From assembly GCF_040869285.1 (NCBI RefSeq), contig NC_090432.1: a DNA stretch of 64,000 nt; one strand, given 5' to 3'. This DNA is from Myxine glutinosa. Lineage: Eukaryota. Shown one piece after another: positions 22,190 to 35,289 of the stretch; the first letter of the stretch is position 1, and each line of letters starts with the position of its first letter. The translations under genes were made by a program, and so were the position numbers. The notes below the pieces were generated by a model that worked only from the letters and a program-made list of their open reading frames with translations, made no database searches and had not been told where the DNA came from.

Positions 22190-23590
22190 CTTATATACTT
22201 GAAGGATTTTTAGTTTCAGGTAATATTGTTGTGTGAAATGGAGACGACTTTAGTAAAACGTGAAAAGAAGTGTTTGTGAAGGAAAAAGGAAGGCACGGAA
22301 AACAAACCGGAAGAGAAGGGAGGAGGAAGAGACGGCCATGAGAGAGATGCAGCCGTGAATCGCATCGAGGCTGCGAGCTGACTTTTTCGAGGCTGCGATG
22401 GTCGCGAATGAGTTGAGGCTTCCCATGAAAGGGATTGCCCACGACATCGTCCTATATTGCGATTGCAATTAAATCTGCGTCTCCGGTTTTATTACCAAGC
22501 GTGAGTTATTGTTGGAGAAAAACCGAGCGCCTCCATTACAGGCTGATGCGCCATTTTGTCCTCGAAGAGACTGTCCACTTAGTGCATCTTGTTTTGTCGT
22601 TGGGATTTCCATATCAACCTCATCGTGTTGATTGCCATTTGTTTACCCATCGGCTCAATTCCCATATTGACCTCTCACCTCGTAACTCCTCGTTCTCGTC
22701 GTTCTGCACGGCTTCAACCAGCGTGGGGATCTGTGCACGGACTTTGGGGAATGTTACATTCCACTCACGTTTGGCGTGTCGTGAGTTTATTGCTTTGAGA
22801 GCATTGGGGAATGATGGTACCATCATATGTGTTGTTCACTTGATGCAAGTGACATTTTCATTGTACTTTCTTTAATAATGTTATTATTGTGTATGTGAGG
22901 ACATAAGTTGAAGCTGAAGGGAAAGGTGTATGCTGCATGTGTGAGAAGTGTTATGATTTATGGAAGCGAGACATGGGTAATGAACGTAGAGCAGCAACGA
23001 AGGTTGGAAAGGGTGGAAATGTGAATGGTTCGACGGATGTGCGGAGTATCGTTGAGAGAGAGGAAGACAAATGATGAATTGCGAAAGATGATGGGAATAG
23101 AGCCTGTGATTGATGCTGTGAAGAGGAACAGGTTGAGATGGTTTGGTCATGTGTTGAGGAAGGATGAAAGTGACTGGTTGAGAAGAGTGATGGAAATGAA
23201 TGTAGAAGGAAGTAGAAGATGGGGAAGACCGAGAAAGACTTGGCTAAAGATGGTGGAAGAAGAAATGCGGGCAAGGTGGTTAACAAGGAGAGATGCAGAA
23301 AATAGGGCAAAATGGAGAAGATTGTCATGGGGACCGCAAGGCTAACCCCCGCTCTAGCAGGGAAAATGGCCTTTAAAATGCATGTTGTTGTGTATTGTGT
23401 ATGTGAGGGTTCTTAATACAATTACCTGTTTGTTCTACAATTGTATTGGTGTGGTTTTACCATGGTTTATTAGAACACTAAAAATAACAAATCTTTCTGC
23501 CGCGTTCCCTCTCGAGACTCTGAGGTGCACCGTAACCAGGGTTTGGGGAGGTAATACGTAAAAATAACCTCCATCCACTCTCGGTGGTGG
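22190..23590. mobile_element. Interspersed repeat, copy 1. Its minus strand encodes a decayed RTE-like C-terminal peptide, and the RTE fragment at 22906-23390 interrupts it. The second copy is at 41100-42060.
   Basis: Regions 22190-22905 and 23391-23590 align collinearly with 41100-42060. The minus-strand ORFs ENEELRGERSIWEL and DEELRGERSIMGIEPI resemble the RTE C-terminus. Confidence 0.6.
22906..23390 (+). mobile_element. RTE-clade LINE 3' fragment, with the C-terminal ORF ...ELRKMMGIEPVIDAVKRNRLRWFGHVLRKDESDWLRRV...GRPRKTW...RAKWRRL, nested in the 22190 repeat. Its target-site duplication is ATTGTGTATGTGAGG, at 22891-22905 and 23392-23408.
   Basis: The LRWFGHV(x)R(M/K)DE...GRPRKTW motif block is the characteristic RTE/BovB ORF C-terminus. 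The empty site is visible in the paralogous copy at about 41875 (ttattattctgtttgtgagagttattaatg). Confidence 0.7.
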
Positions 23591-23599
23591 AGGTAAATA

Positions 23600-24450
23600 C
23601 CACCATCAATTCGCACATGAATGCAATTCCACTCGGAACATCCTTCCCAAGGAAGTGTTCAAAAAAGCCACAAGGAGAAATGTGAACAATGTTGGTGCTG
23701 CGAGCGATGTGAACAAGCCCCGCCTCACACTCATCTCAATCGCGAATGGGGCTGACAGCTTATTGCTCATTTTGATGTGACTATTCATATCATCATGCAG
23801 ACTACGAATCGGCGAAATTAGATTGCCCGGACAACCAAGTCGACCCAAAATTTCCCACCATAAACATTGATATAGACTATCAAAAGCCTTGGTAAAATGA
23901 ATAAAAGCAGCAAAGAGAGGAAGATTTTGCTCTCAATATATTTCCTGAATTTGACATTGAGAGAAAATCGCGTCAATAGTCGAACGATTCTTGCAAAAAT
24001 CATACTGCGACTCCCTTAAAATTCTTTCCCTGAAAGAAACAAGACTACTTTGCATAATTTTGGCAAAATCTTTTTTGCAGTGGCCGATAGAAGATGAATT
24101 CCACAATACAGTAGTTGCATGGATTTGACTGGTCACCTTTTTAAAAATCCTTATAACATTTGCATTCTTGAAATCCCTTGGTTAAAAACTCATGAACCCA
24201 AAAAGCAGAGAAATGATGAAACAGAAAGGTGTGGAAGTGGGCAATTTTCCAACATCCCATTGGGATAGAATCGGGGCCATAGCTCTTGTTTTTCATTTGC
24301 TTGATTGCACCATTAATTTCAGAGATTAATGGGGCAGTGTCGAGACTTTCTCGAACAGGACGTTGAGAGATTGAATCCAAAACGCTAATTGAGAAATTAT
24401 CATTAGCTTTGATAAGATTGGAGAAATGCTCATGCCAGTGATAAAACATT
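23600..24450 (-). mobile_element. Degenerate LINE reverse-transcriptase fragment
   Basis: Minus-strand ORFs contain KSYGPDSIP (the GPDGIP-type motif) and YDFCKNRSTIDAIF (reverse-transcriptase domain 2, FRxGRSTxDxIF). They are broken by frameshifts. Confidence 0.4.
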
Positions 24451-26074
24451 TGAGACTCGTCTGTTAAAACGTCATTATTTTGAGCGAGGCGAGAAGAGCT
24501 TGATTTTTTAAAAATTGGACCAACAATATTTTTTATTGCTCAGACAAATTTGTGGCAATTGCCAGAATCAGCTAGTTGTTGGATTTCAATATTGCTTTGT
24601 TTTGCTGCCACAGATTGTTTTTGCACAATGAGTGTCGTGCCGAAGATTTTGTTTTTTTTGGTGCCACACGCAAATTATGTGTTGCTGTTCTTGTTGCACG
24701 CGTAAGTTATTTGATGCACCGTGTTTTGTTCAAAACAAGTTTGTTTTTTTTTTGTTTTGTTTTTTACAAAGGCGTTTTTCTAACAAGTTTTGAATTTCCG
24801 AATCTTTTTCATCAAACCGGTCATGATTTCGCCATTTATTCACACCAACACGATTTTGCAGCAACCAGAACCACGTTTTTCAAAATGTCCCAGTTTGATG
24901 ATGAAATGTCAGTATTGTTTGAAATGTTGATTCACTGATAAATTGATCAGAGTTAAGTTTTTAGACAGAAATTATTAGAACATTCTTAATTTAAAAAAAA
25001 TTTCTGTACATCAAAGTGAAGGTAGAGTATTGTTTTGATCAATTTGATGCTTGGATTGTCCAAGAGGCAATGAAACGTCAAAGGGAGTGGTCGGTGTTCC
25101 AGTCCGCATTACTCATGCACATCACACAAGTTACATTTTGGATTAATGGAATAATGTATAGTGTGCTATTGTTTGGACAGAGCATGCTGTCAGGTATCCC
25201 TCCTCGTGACCGGCACTCTTAAGTGTTACAAACACTGGTAGCAAATAGATGTTTAAGTTGTGATTGGGGCATGACGAGGTCCTACAAGACATTAAATGGC
25301 CGCACACCAAGGCTTGTTTTGCATTGTCTATAAAATACTGTTCCATAACTTTTGCCCTGTTAGTGTATTTTGCTTGCAGTTTTCTCTCTGAGTACAGGTT
25401 TATGGTGGTTGAGCTTGAATAGTGTGCACACACTGTGATGGTTGCTGATTATGGCCGTCTACCTCAGATCCTGTGGTGAAGGAGCATGGCAGGAAAGGTT
25501 CCATGAGCAGTCTTTTCTCCAATTCATCTCCCAGCACAGTCCCAGGTTACTACCAACACCAACCATGTGACTCAACATTGATCAATTGGTATACATGATA
25601 TCTAAAGATGGATTCCATAATATCACCGATTGAAGCACACCTGACCCACATGATCAAAGTCGTGCTGTGCGCCAATTTGTCCATTTTGTCACGATGGCTG
25701 TTTCTCGTGCAATATATTTTTCAAAATTGAGTGATTCATGATTCATCATTTGAGTGCCGATTACAGATGGAAAAAGTGATTAATATGTGTCTTGGTTTTT
25801 CGGCATGGGAGGGTCTTTGTGTGTTGTGTTTGTGTGTTGTGACGTCTGACATTGTGTATGTAACTTATAACTATTTTTTGGTCCCTCTTTTTTCTGCTTA
25901 TCCTGAACCTCATTAATGACCCAATCGCGTAGGGCCAAAAACTCATGATCTGAAATGCCGTACTTTATTACCCTGCGCTTGCGAAGCGAAAAGCGGGGTT
26001 CAGCGATTGGGTGTGTCCCTACGCATGTCGTATGTGCATGTCTGCATTTAAAAAATGCATTTTCTCGGGCACCG

Positions 26075-27010
26075 TTGGTCCGATTGACACAAAAATTTCA
26101 CCATCGGAGGGCGTCCGCCTGTACAATTTGTCGTAATTATGATGTCATAGGTCATGTGGTATGGACATGGCCATCTTGGAAAAACGTTGCACCTCTATCT
26201 CCGAACCCGCTCCATGGAAAAAATTTAAGCTTGGTGCATTGTCAAGTACTCCCCATGGAGAATAAGTGTTGATGATTATGGCATCAGTGCCTTCTTTATG
26301 ATATCGTAATTTGACAAGTACAACGCTTGATCCGATCAGTATGAAAAAAAATTCTCTACAACTGTTGCTTGGTCGAAATTTTCACCATAGGAGCGAGCGC
26401 CTCTTCCTTTAGAATTGTTTAATGATTATGATGTCATAGGTCATGTGGTACAGGCACCATCTTTGAAAAAACATAAAACGTTGCACCTCAACGAAACCGC
26501 GCCATGGAAAAAATTGAACCGCGGTTAGTTGTCGAGCACTCCCCACGGGAAATAAGATATGTTGTCGATGATGTCGTGGTACCATAGTTATGACGTCATA
26601 ATTCGACAAGTACAACGCCTGATCCGATCAGTGAATTCTTTTTTTCTCTGCAATTCTTGGTCTAATTGGCACAAAATCTTTACCCACAGGAGCACCTCCT
26701 CCTGTAGAATATTTTACTGATAATTATGACTTCATCTGGCACGTGGTACAGGCACCATCTTGGAAAAACCGAAAACCGTTGCACCTCTGTCTCCGAAACT
26801 GCTCCATGGGAAAAATTTAAACGTGACTCATTGTAAAGAACTCTGCATGGGGAATAAGTGTTGGTAATGATGACGTCATTGGTGCCTTATATGACATCAT
26901 AATTCGACAAGTACAACACTTTATCTGATCAGTTTGAAATTGATTGAGCGTTAGCTATACAACAATTATATTAGAAAATGTGAATTTATGATGTCATTGG
27001 TCTCGTGGTC
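26075..27010. repeat. Satellite-like tandem repeat, about 290-bp unit x about 3.2
   Basis: Units begin at about 26080, 26370 and 26660. Recurrent blocks are ...ttcaccat[ac]ggag[gc]g[ct]c[cg]cct...attatgatgtcataggtcatgtggta...ccatcttggaaaaa...gttgcacctc...gctccatggaaaaaattt...cgacaagtacaacgc.tgatccgatcagt. Confidence 0.85.
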
Positions 27011-29269
27011 TGACAGCCATATTGGTTCAAATGAAAAAACCCTTTAAAAAACCAGAGTTGGCTCACACCAAGTTGACTGCGTGGGGTAAGTATTCTATGA
27101 ATACTATGTCGTTTCCATAATGCATTTCTGTGATTGTATTTCCTTTAATGTAAAGCACACCCCTCTATATAACCTACATTCTGTTGCTCTTGATCATCTT
27201 CCATCTTTGCCCGTATTTTGGGAGATTACGGAGACTTTGCTATATTGTCGTGCGTACTGAGCCTAAAATTTGACTTTGCCATCAAAGGACAATTTAATAC
27301 ATTTTGGTCAACGATGTGCATACAATGTTGTCGGGGTTGATTGAAAAATTTTTTAAATCGAGGGGTTTTTTTTATTTTTATTTTTTATTTTTTGGGGGAT
27401 AAATTTACTCGATTGAAGCCAAATTTTAGAGATGGCCTCCATCGACGACCTTTAAAAACGCCCACCAATTATTGCTGATTCTTTAATGAGAAGGGTGTGG
27501 GAGGGTTGTAGTATTACTTGTATCACAAATTGGCAAATGGAGCAAATGGAGAACATATTTACCCTCACCAGAGGAGGGGGAAGTATTGTATTTGTATTTG
27601 GGTTTGCCTTGTCGACACATAATGTGCTAAAGTCGGCCACAAGCTCCACCTGGTGGTGGCTCAGCCAGTATTGCACGTAATCTTTTTTTCAACCGATCAC
27701 GTTTATAAAGCACGTACTACAGCAATACGTCCTACATCAATAAAATTCGTGTATCTATAAAATACAAGTCTATTTTATACGTCTATAAAATACATACTTT
27801 GGGAAAGTGAATGTATACAAAAAAACCGAAACGGTCTGTCCGTCACACCAACATAAACAACCATCATAAATGCATCGTCTGCACACTGCACCAACACAAT
27901 ATATACCATACAAACACCCCATAAAAACAAGTCCTGGTGAAGGTCTGCAATCTAATTGCTTTCTTTTAACGTTGTGGCAGGGATGAACTCGCCACGTGGC
28001 AGTCTGACATCATCTCAGCCCATGCTCCCACCACCCGGGACACCTGTAGCTGCCCCCGTGGCAGCTGCTGCCGGCTCCCAGCCCTGAGAAAAACGGTTCT
28101 CCTCCCCGGGGTAGGCATGCTTGGCTGGCCTCACACTCTCCCATGCACTGGGCAACGGGGTCTGGCCTGGACGAGCCATCCCTTCTCTTCCCCAAGCTTG
28201 GCGTTCGATGACAAACATGGCCAAGTGTGGTGTTCCCATCCCAGGCACACTTTTACCTCCCCCCGTCTGTCCCAGTACAAGCATTTCGACCTCGACTTTG
28301 CCTTTGTCTAAATGGACCTTCCCGAGCCAGGCATTGCTTTTCCCAGCCTAACGGCCCTGAGCTCCATTTCTCTGACATGGTGACCTTCCTGTCCCAGCCC
28401 ACAAGTCCTCAATTTAGGATATATCCCTCCCCTTCCCCACCCTCCTCAGCTGCTGTTTACAGTATGAAGGTTTGGGATTTTTCATTTCTTATGGGTCTTG
28501 CTTTTTTATAGCATTATGTAAAACATTTGTACAAAACTTGTGGCAGTACAAGTCACTTTGCCGTACCTTTGGCTGGGTTCATTGTAAAGACTGTGTCCCT
28601 CTCCCCGAGATTCGGAGCCAAGGCTTGTTGTTCTGCATCCAGGAAGGAAAGAGCGAGTCGAGTGTTTATTGTAGGTTGCCCAGGGTGCAAACGGAGCAGG
28701 ATACCTATGATGTTGGCAGATGGGAACGACCCCTTCTGCTCACCGTATTGCTCACACCACCCCCCCCCCTCCCCCCCTTTCCCGCAATTTCCCTTATTCT
28801 TTGTTTCTCCCTCTGAGCGTATTGCCTGCCTGGCTGCCCTGCATTACGCGGACACGCAAGGCAGAGAGACCCAATAAACAAGATTGTGTCCAGTTACCTG
28901 TCTTGCTGTTCATTGGGACGTTTAAACGTATTCATCTATTTTGAGTATCATTTGTGGTGACCTGCTAGCATTTGATCGTGTAAACAAATCCTCGTACAAG
29001 TTGTTTCACCTTTGATGTGTTGATAAAAAGGGGGGCGGGTGGGGGGCGGGGAAGAAAAAAAAAGGCAGTTTCATTTTTTGTTTGTGCTCTTAAATTGCAA
29101 GATTTTTGCTGTTGGAGATTTTCATCTTTCAGACTTGACCCTGAAGGAAGTTTGCAGTTTGAACGGTTACCAAGGGGAATGAGGAACTGCTTCATTGGCT
29201 GCACAATGGTGACTGCGTTCACCTGTTTGCGTTGTACACCTGCTCACGTGTTTCCAAAGGGATGGGAAG

Positions 29270-29274
<5 letters not shown>

Positions 29275-29358
<84 letters not shown>

Positions 29359-29480
29359 TGTCTGTCTGTCTCTGTGTGTGTGTCTCTGTCTGTGTGTTGA
29401 GGGCCATACTTTTCTCATCTCCACTGCTCATAAAAGGTTGTGTGTGTGTGTGTGTGTGTGTGTGTGTCTGTCTGCATCAC
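29275..29480. repeat. (GT)n microsatellite, with GTCT variants and a second short (GT)n at 29440-29465
   Basis: Direct reading of the sequence. Confidence 0.95.
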
Positions 29481-31599
29481 CGTGCCAGTTATCCTGCTCG
29501 TAGTCATGCAAATGAATAAAAATGATGAGACCGGTTAACTTTTCTACATACGAACCATTTCCAATGTATTTTTCACAATTTATGGATGTGGGAATTTACT
29601 GCGTGATTTGTTGACGTCGCACTTTCCCAATGGAATATGAAACGCTGTAGTAACTGCTATCCGTGAGTCTGCACTGGTGCTCAGATCTACTGTAATCTAT
29701 ATACCCCGGCAAGGCTCTGCGTCATGTGCTGTTTTGTTACTACTGCAACCAGTCCGGATGGATTGTGGACATTTTTTATTTTTGTGTGTGGAAGAAATGG
29801 GTAAATGGCTTGGAATTTTTTTTGGCAGCTGGTCTTGCGATCAGCTCATAATGATGAATGTCTTGTCGAACAAATAATGATGGTTCGGGGGTGGGTTTAA
29901 GGTTAAGGTAACCTCAAAATGAGCAGAGGTGAACTTTGGTGACCAAGGTTTTGTAGTTTTCTATAGAAGAATATTGTCTAGACTTGTGGAGATCAGGATG
30001 GAGGGTTATTTTTGTTACGAAATTGGCAGCAGACAGCTCATGTCTAGACATTTTGCTTGAGGCTGGCATGGTCATTTGCAACCACTTTTACACATTGATA
30101 ATTGCGTGTAAAAAGCTTTGCTCTATTGTTTTTTTTAAATTTTTCTCAGTGTTTTTGTTTAGGGACAAAAATATGTCTGGAGTCTTCACAGCTGTATGTG
30201 CACAATGCATATACACGATAGTCCAGGGATATGTTTAGCGGGAGGGCTCTAAGTCTAAGATATATGTGTGTTTGTGTGTGTGGTTTGAATTGAGGATCCG
30301 AAGCTGTTCATTTTTGTGAAACTGTTGCCCATGCTACTCCAAGCAGTTTGGAAGCCAAGCTTAAACCACCACGACCATGCATTTTGATACAGAATGAGTA
30401 CATGAAATATTTAAAAACCGTAATTATCTCGAATTTGAGGTCCTTGCAGCATACCTTGCTTTGGATTTGGACAAAAAGGTTGTAATACAAGTGTTACTTG
30501 AAATACTGCATTGTTTGTTGTCCCAGTAATTGCTTTATTTGGAACAAAGACAAACTGACATCTTCGTCGCAGCTCTTAATTTTACAACTGCAAAAACTGT
30601 AGTTCATCTTTGTGCATTTACCACTGGTATTATTGTTACTTCCATGCGGTTATCGAGGGGACGGAGTGGTATCGGCACCGTCGGTGTCACCATTTCTTTC
30701 GAAAGGAGAAAAATATGGGAAATTGCAGGGGATGGGGTGGTGGGAGAAATTTCAAAGCGGTTGACCATAATTGTTTCTGAATGCAAATTCGACTCGCGGA
30801 AATGCAAGAAATACCTGTGGATGAGATGTGGTGAAGAGTTCCTGTAACTGGCAGAGTACCCCGCCCCGCTGCCTCGGCTATTCCCGAAAAATAAAAAAAT
30901 AACCTGTGTTGTGCCCACATAAAGTAACAATATGCATAATGCTTGTGCATATATATGTCGTGGTTATATCGAGAAAGTAGCCGATTTACGTTGTGCATGT
31001 GTTCCTAAAAATTGTGACGTTATTCGAATATGATTATTCCCATATACAGTGCATTGTGCTATGAGGAGAGGGATGCGTTGCCAGGAAAAGAAATTTGGTC
31101 ACACCAACTTAACTTCACCTTCACTTACCCTGCCACACTAACGGGGGGGGGGGGGGGGGGGGGGGTTATCTCAAACCCCTTTTACATGTTACTAATAATG
31201 GCCAAAGCCCCACTAACGAGGGTCGAGTACATCATGGACATACGTGGTACACTTCACCACAGGGTGAAACATGTGAGACTGGGAGGTAAAGCGACTGCAT
31301 CCACTGAACACTTGCCATGTTGTCTGTTCTCCACCAGCGGGCGCCATTGCTGTTGCACTGGCAGACCGCACACCACTGTATTGAAATTTTTCGCAAGAAG
31401 CACAACAGTACTGTACTTAATTTTTGAACGATGTTATTTTGGACTCGCATGACTTAAATTGACTATTGCCCCATAATGTGTTAACGGCATTCAATCAAAA
31501 TGACGCAAATAGACTCGACGTAAATCGGCTTTTGGTTTATTCCGATTTGGTAATAATTCTGATTGGTTTATTTTTATTTTATTCTCAAATTACTCCCCT

Positions 31600-32800
31600 T
31601 CCTGTCCGGGCTGGAGATCCTCAAGGCAGTGTTCTGGGACCAGTGCTATTTCTGTTCTTCATCAATGATCTCTGATGCTCTGGAAAATCCTCTCTATCTC
31701 TTTGCTGATGACTCGACTCTTTGCCGCTCCATATCTCACCCCTCAGTTCGGCAGGCAGCAGCCTCTTCACTCTCTGCAGACCTCGACAAAATCATAGACT
31801 GGTCAAACAAGTGGAACATGTCTTTCAATCCTGACAAATCTCACACTCTCACAGTGTATCTCGGAAAAGACCGTCTGGAAAACCCTCCCATCTACTTTCT
31901 CAACCATCCTTAAAGAAGTTCTGTCACTCAAGCTTTTGGGACTCACTATCTGCCATGATCTTTCCTGGGAAAACCACATTTCCAAGCTGGCCTCCAAAGC
32001 CAGTCGCCGTCTGGGCATCCTCCGTCGTTCGAAGTCCTTCCTTGGCACCTCTGAGTGCCTCACCACGTACAAAGCTTTCATCCGCAGCTTGATGGAGTAC
32101 TGCTCTCCCCTCTGGGCTGGTGCTCCTGCCTCACACCTAGCTCGGCATCACACTGTAGAAACCAAAGCTTTCCGAATCACTGTAATCTCCCACGATGAAG
32201 CTGAATCTGAGGGCCTTTCACTCGCTCACCGCAGGCAGGTTGGTGGTATTTCTATCTTCTACCGACTCCTCTCTGGCCTAGCTCCCCCTGCTCTGTCCCC
32301 CAAATATTCCTGCAGGACGCACAAGATCTGCCAGCAATTCTCTTCTGGTGAAACTGCCAAAATCAAGACTCTCTGCTCACCTTCATTCATCTTTTCTCCC
32401 ACCTCTGGACCAAACTCTCACACTCTTCAATCCCACTCCTCCCTCCAGATCTTTAAAACAGCTGTTCACGACCATCTATTATCTTTCCCCACCCAAAACC
32501 TTGATCTACCCCTGTTAAAACACCCCAAATCCCCCTCTTTCAATCTCCAACTTCTTTCCTGTAATTCATAGTGGTGGTCATTTTCTTTATACCGTGTACC
32601 TCTCCCCTCCCCCCCAGCCCTCTCCCTTCCACATATCTACCGACGTCCCTGTTCTCTACTGTTGTGCTTGTGTGCTCCCCTCTCTCTCTCCCCCTCTTGT
32701 CTCCTGCTCCCTTCCTTGTATGTTTTATGTGTCTGTGCATGTTTTCATGTTTAATGTGTTGGCTCTTACACGAGCCTCGATTCTGTATACAAAAAAAAAA
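31600..32800 (+). mobile_element. CR1-clade retrotransposon 5'-truncated fragment (reverse-transcriptase end, C-terminal domain, 3'UTR and A10 tail)
   Basis: ORFs 31563..31913 (PLYLFADDSTLCRS...NKWNMSFNPDKSHTL) and 31936..32571 (ICHDLSWENHISKLASKASRRLGILRR...YCSPLWAGAPASHLAR) match copy 1. The tail cgagcctcgattctgtatac(A)10 is at 32770-32800. Confidence 0.85.
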
Positions 32801-33959
32801 TTACAATTGTGGTTGTGGCGTTAGACCAGCTGTGCAATCAATGGGTATATGCGAGACCTAGAGCATACATACATTCTGACATAGAACAGAGACATAGAGC
32901 ATACATACATTATGTTATGGGTTTGGTGGGGGTTGCGATAGGACTTCTTGGACCCACCTCCTGGCTGATGACTTCTGGAGCCGACGGGCCGCAGATAACT
33001 CCTGGCGCGAAGTGTTGCTAAGCAACCACAAGCGCAGACTAAGAGGATTAATTCAGGCAGGGTCCATCGTCTAACTCAGTTTTACCTTTCTGGCGAATTA
33101 AACCCCCCAGATGGGGTACTATGCTCTCAATGCCCCACTGCTGTCAATCAAAACGGCTGAGCGATACTGTAAATAGGATGCTTGCTAATCTCGGACCACA
33201 ACGAAACGTCGGGCAGAACTCTCTTTTACTCGTACAAATTATGGTCTCATCAATGGAGAGACGATCAAGCAGTTTATCAAGGAATTGGCAAAGGCACTAC
33301 CTTACAAGCAAGCAGTGTCACACGAGAAAGCTCTTACCCCTAACTTGTAAGCCCTCTTGGCCAGTCAATGTCTCATGATTCTACACACGGCAGGCGCCTC
33401 ATCATTCTGGGGAAAAGCAGTTAAGAATGATAGTGAGAGAGGAAGATGGTGTATTGGCAGGTCCCAATGGTGGTTGGGCCCAACGTGAATAAGGGGAGGG
33501 TGAGGAAGAAGAGAAGGATATAGGATGTGGTGCGCATTGTAGGGAGAGCTGCTTTAAGGTGTTAGAAGAAATTGTGATATGCGAGTCAGTAAACCATTCC
33601 CATAAAGGAATGATGGCGTATGGTTGAGTACTTGTGCGTTCAAAGTGAACAAATTAGATGTAATGAACGCCACAGACAGAAAGTGAATGTGTTTGGCCAG
33701 TGTATCCTGGGAAACGCCACAGCCCGTCAGTTCTCCACTGCACCACGTCACCAACCCGTTCGTTCTCGGAGATTCAGCCTCACAGGTTCATCCTTGACTT
33801 CACTTTCCCCAGTCGTGGGCAAAAAGTCCTGAGCTCTTGGATTCTCCTGCCTTGTATTGTTCCGGCGGGAGGCTGAGTTTAGGGACCGACCAGCATCAAA
33901 CTGCACTGGCAAGTGTTATTTTGGTCCTTGGATTCTTGTTCCATGTAGTTCGAACCAAC

Positions 33960-34250
33960 TGGAGGGCTGTCTCCCCATTGGTCTGTCCTGTCTCCCAGCG
34001 ATGCTCATTGTGTGGTGGTTCGTATGCAGCCTGTGGCTACTTGCTTGGATCCATTATTTCTGGAGGTGCGGCTGTGCCGCTGATGCAATTTTCCCCCTTT
34101 TACCAGTAAGCTGGTACTCATTTTACCAATCTCAGAAGGATGACAGGCTGAATGAACCCACCTTGTTATTTCAATGGCACGACGGGATTTAACTCAGGAC
34201 TCTAAGATCTCAAGCCAGCCATCTTAACCGTTAAGCCATCACCAGGCTTC
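33960..34250 (-). mobile_element. tRNA-derived SINE, copy C, in the minus orientation
   Basis: The reverse complement reads ggtgatggcttaacggttaagatggctggcttgagatcttagagtcctgagttaaatcccgtcg...aacaaggtgggttcattcagcctgtcatccttctgagattggtaaaatgagtaccag. It has the same head and body architecture as copy B. Confidence 0.6.
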
Positions 34251-34424
34251 TCATTGAGCAATTCCAGCTCCTCCAGTGATACTGTCGACCAGGGTGCACG
34301 GCTTGGCTCTGCGTGATAATGTTTGTCGCTTGATGGGATTTGTATTCATGGTCTGCGCTGTTTGATGCTGATAAATCGATTGTACTCGTTCTGTAATGTG
34401 GGTTTTGTAATGGGGTTTTTTTTT

Positions 34425-35249
34425 GCCTACAAATTCGAGGCTCATGGAAGAGCTAGTACAGTACAGTGAACGGATCGGGATTGTACTGACATAAACAGGA
34501 CGCAAAACACGCATGCAAGGGGTGGACAAAATGGATACAGAAGTCAACTCCAAGGAGGGAAAATTGGTAGGAGAGGTGAACTGGGTGGGGTTATTGAGTT
34601 TCGAGAAGATCATGCTTTAGGATTGGGGACAGTCTGACATGGTGGTGAACATCTGTCTTGAAGACGTGAAGGGAAGAATGAGATTGAAGAGGGATGTGGA
34701 AGTTGATTCCACAGGTGGGGAAAAAGACGAACAAACAAGTGGAGGTGAGCAGTAATCCTGGATTTTGGTAGGTTCACCAGAAGGGGGTTGATGGTGGACC
34801 GTGTGAGCCCTGTAGAAACCTGGGGAGGACAAAGCACGGCAATAGCAGAGGGTGCAAGACCCAAAAGACAGAGAGAACACCAGAGTTGTCTGCAATGGCT
34901 AAGTGATGGACTGCTTCAGCGTGAGAGATTCCAATGATCCTAAGAGCCTTGGATTCCACTGTATTAAGCTGAGCAAGGTGCGAGGCAGGGTAGCCAGCCC
35001 AGATGGTAGAGCAGTACTCCATCAAACTGTGGATGAAGGCCTTGTAGGTGGATCGGAGTTCAGGTGTACCAAGGGAGGACTTTGTATGATGGAGGATGCC
35101 CAGTCAGCAGCTGGCTTTGAACACCAATTTTAAAATGTGGTTTGCCCAAGAATGATCATGGCTTATAGTGAGACCCAGGAGTTTGAATGACTGAACTTCC
35201 TCAAGACAATTGCCAAGAAGGTAGATGGGAGGGTTTGCCAGACGGTCCT

Positions 35250-35289
<40 letters not shown>

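Noticed and set aside
27950-28960. GC-rich kilobase with overlapping ORFs on both strands and an AATAAA at about 28875
   Set aside because: I found no conserved protein motifs, and the composition-driven ORFs overlap in several frames. It might be a UTR or TE remnant, but the sequence alone does not support a specific call.
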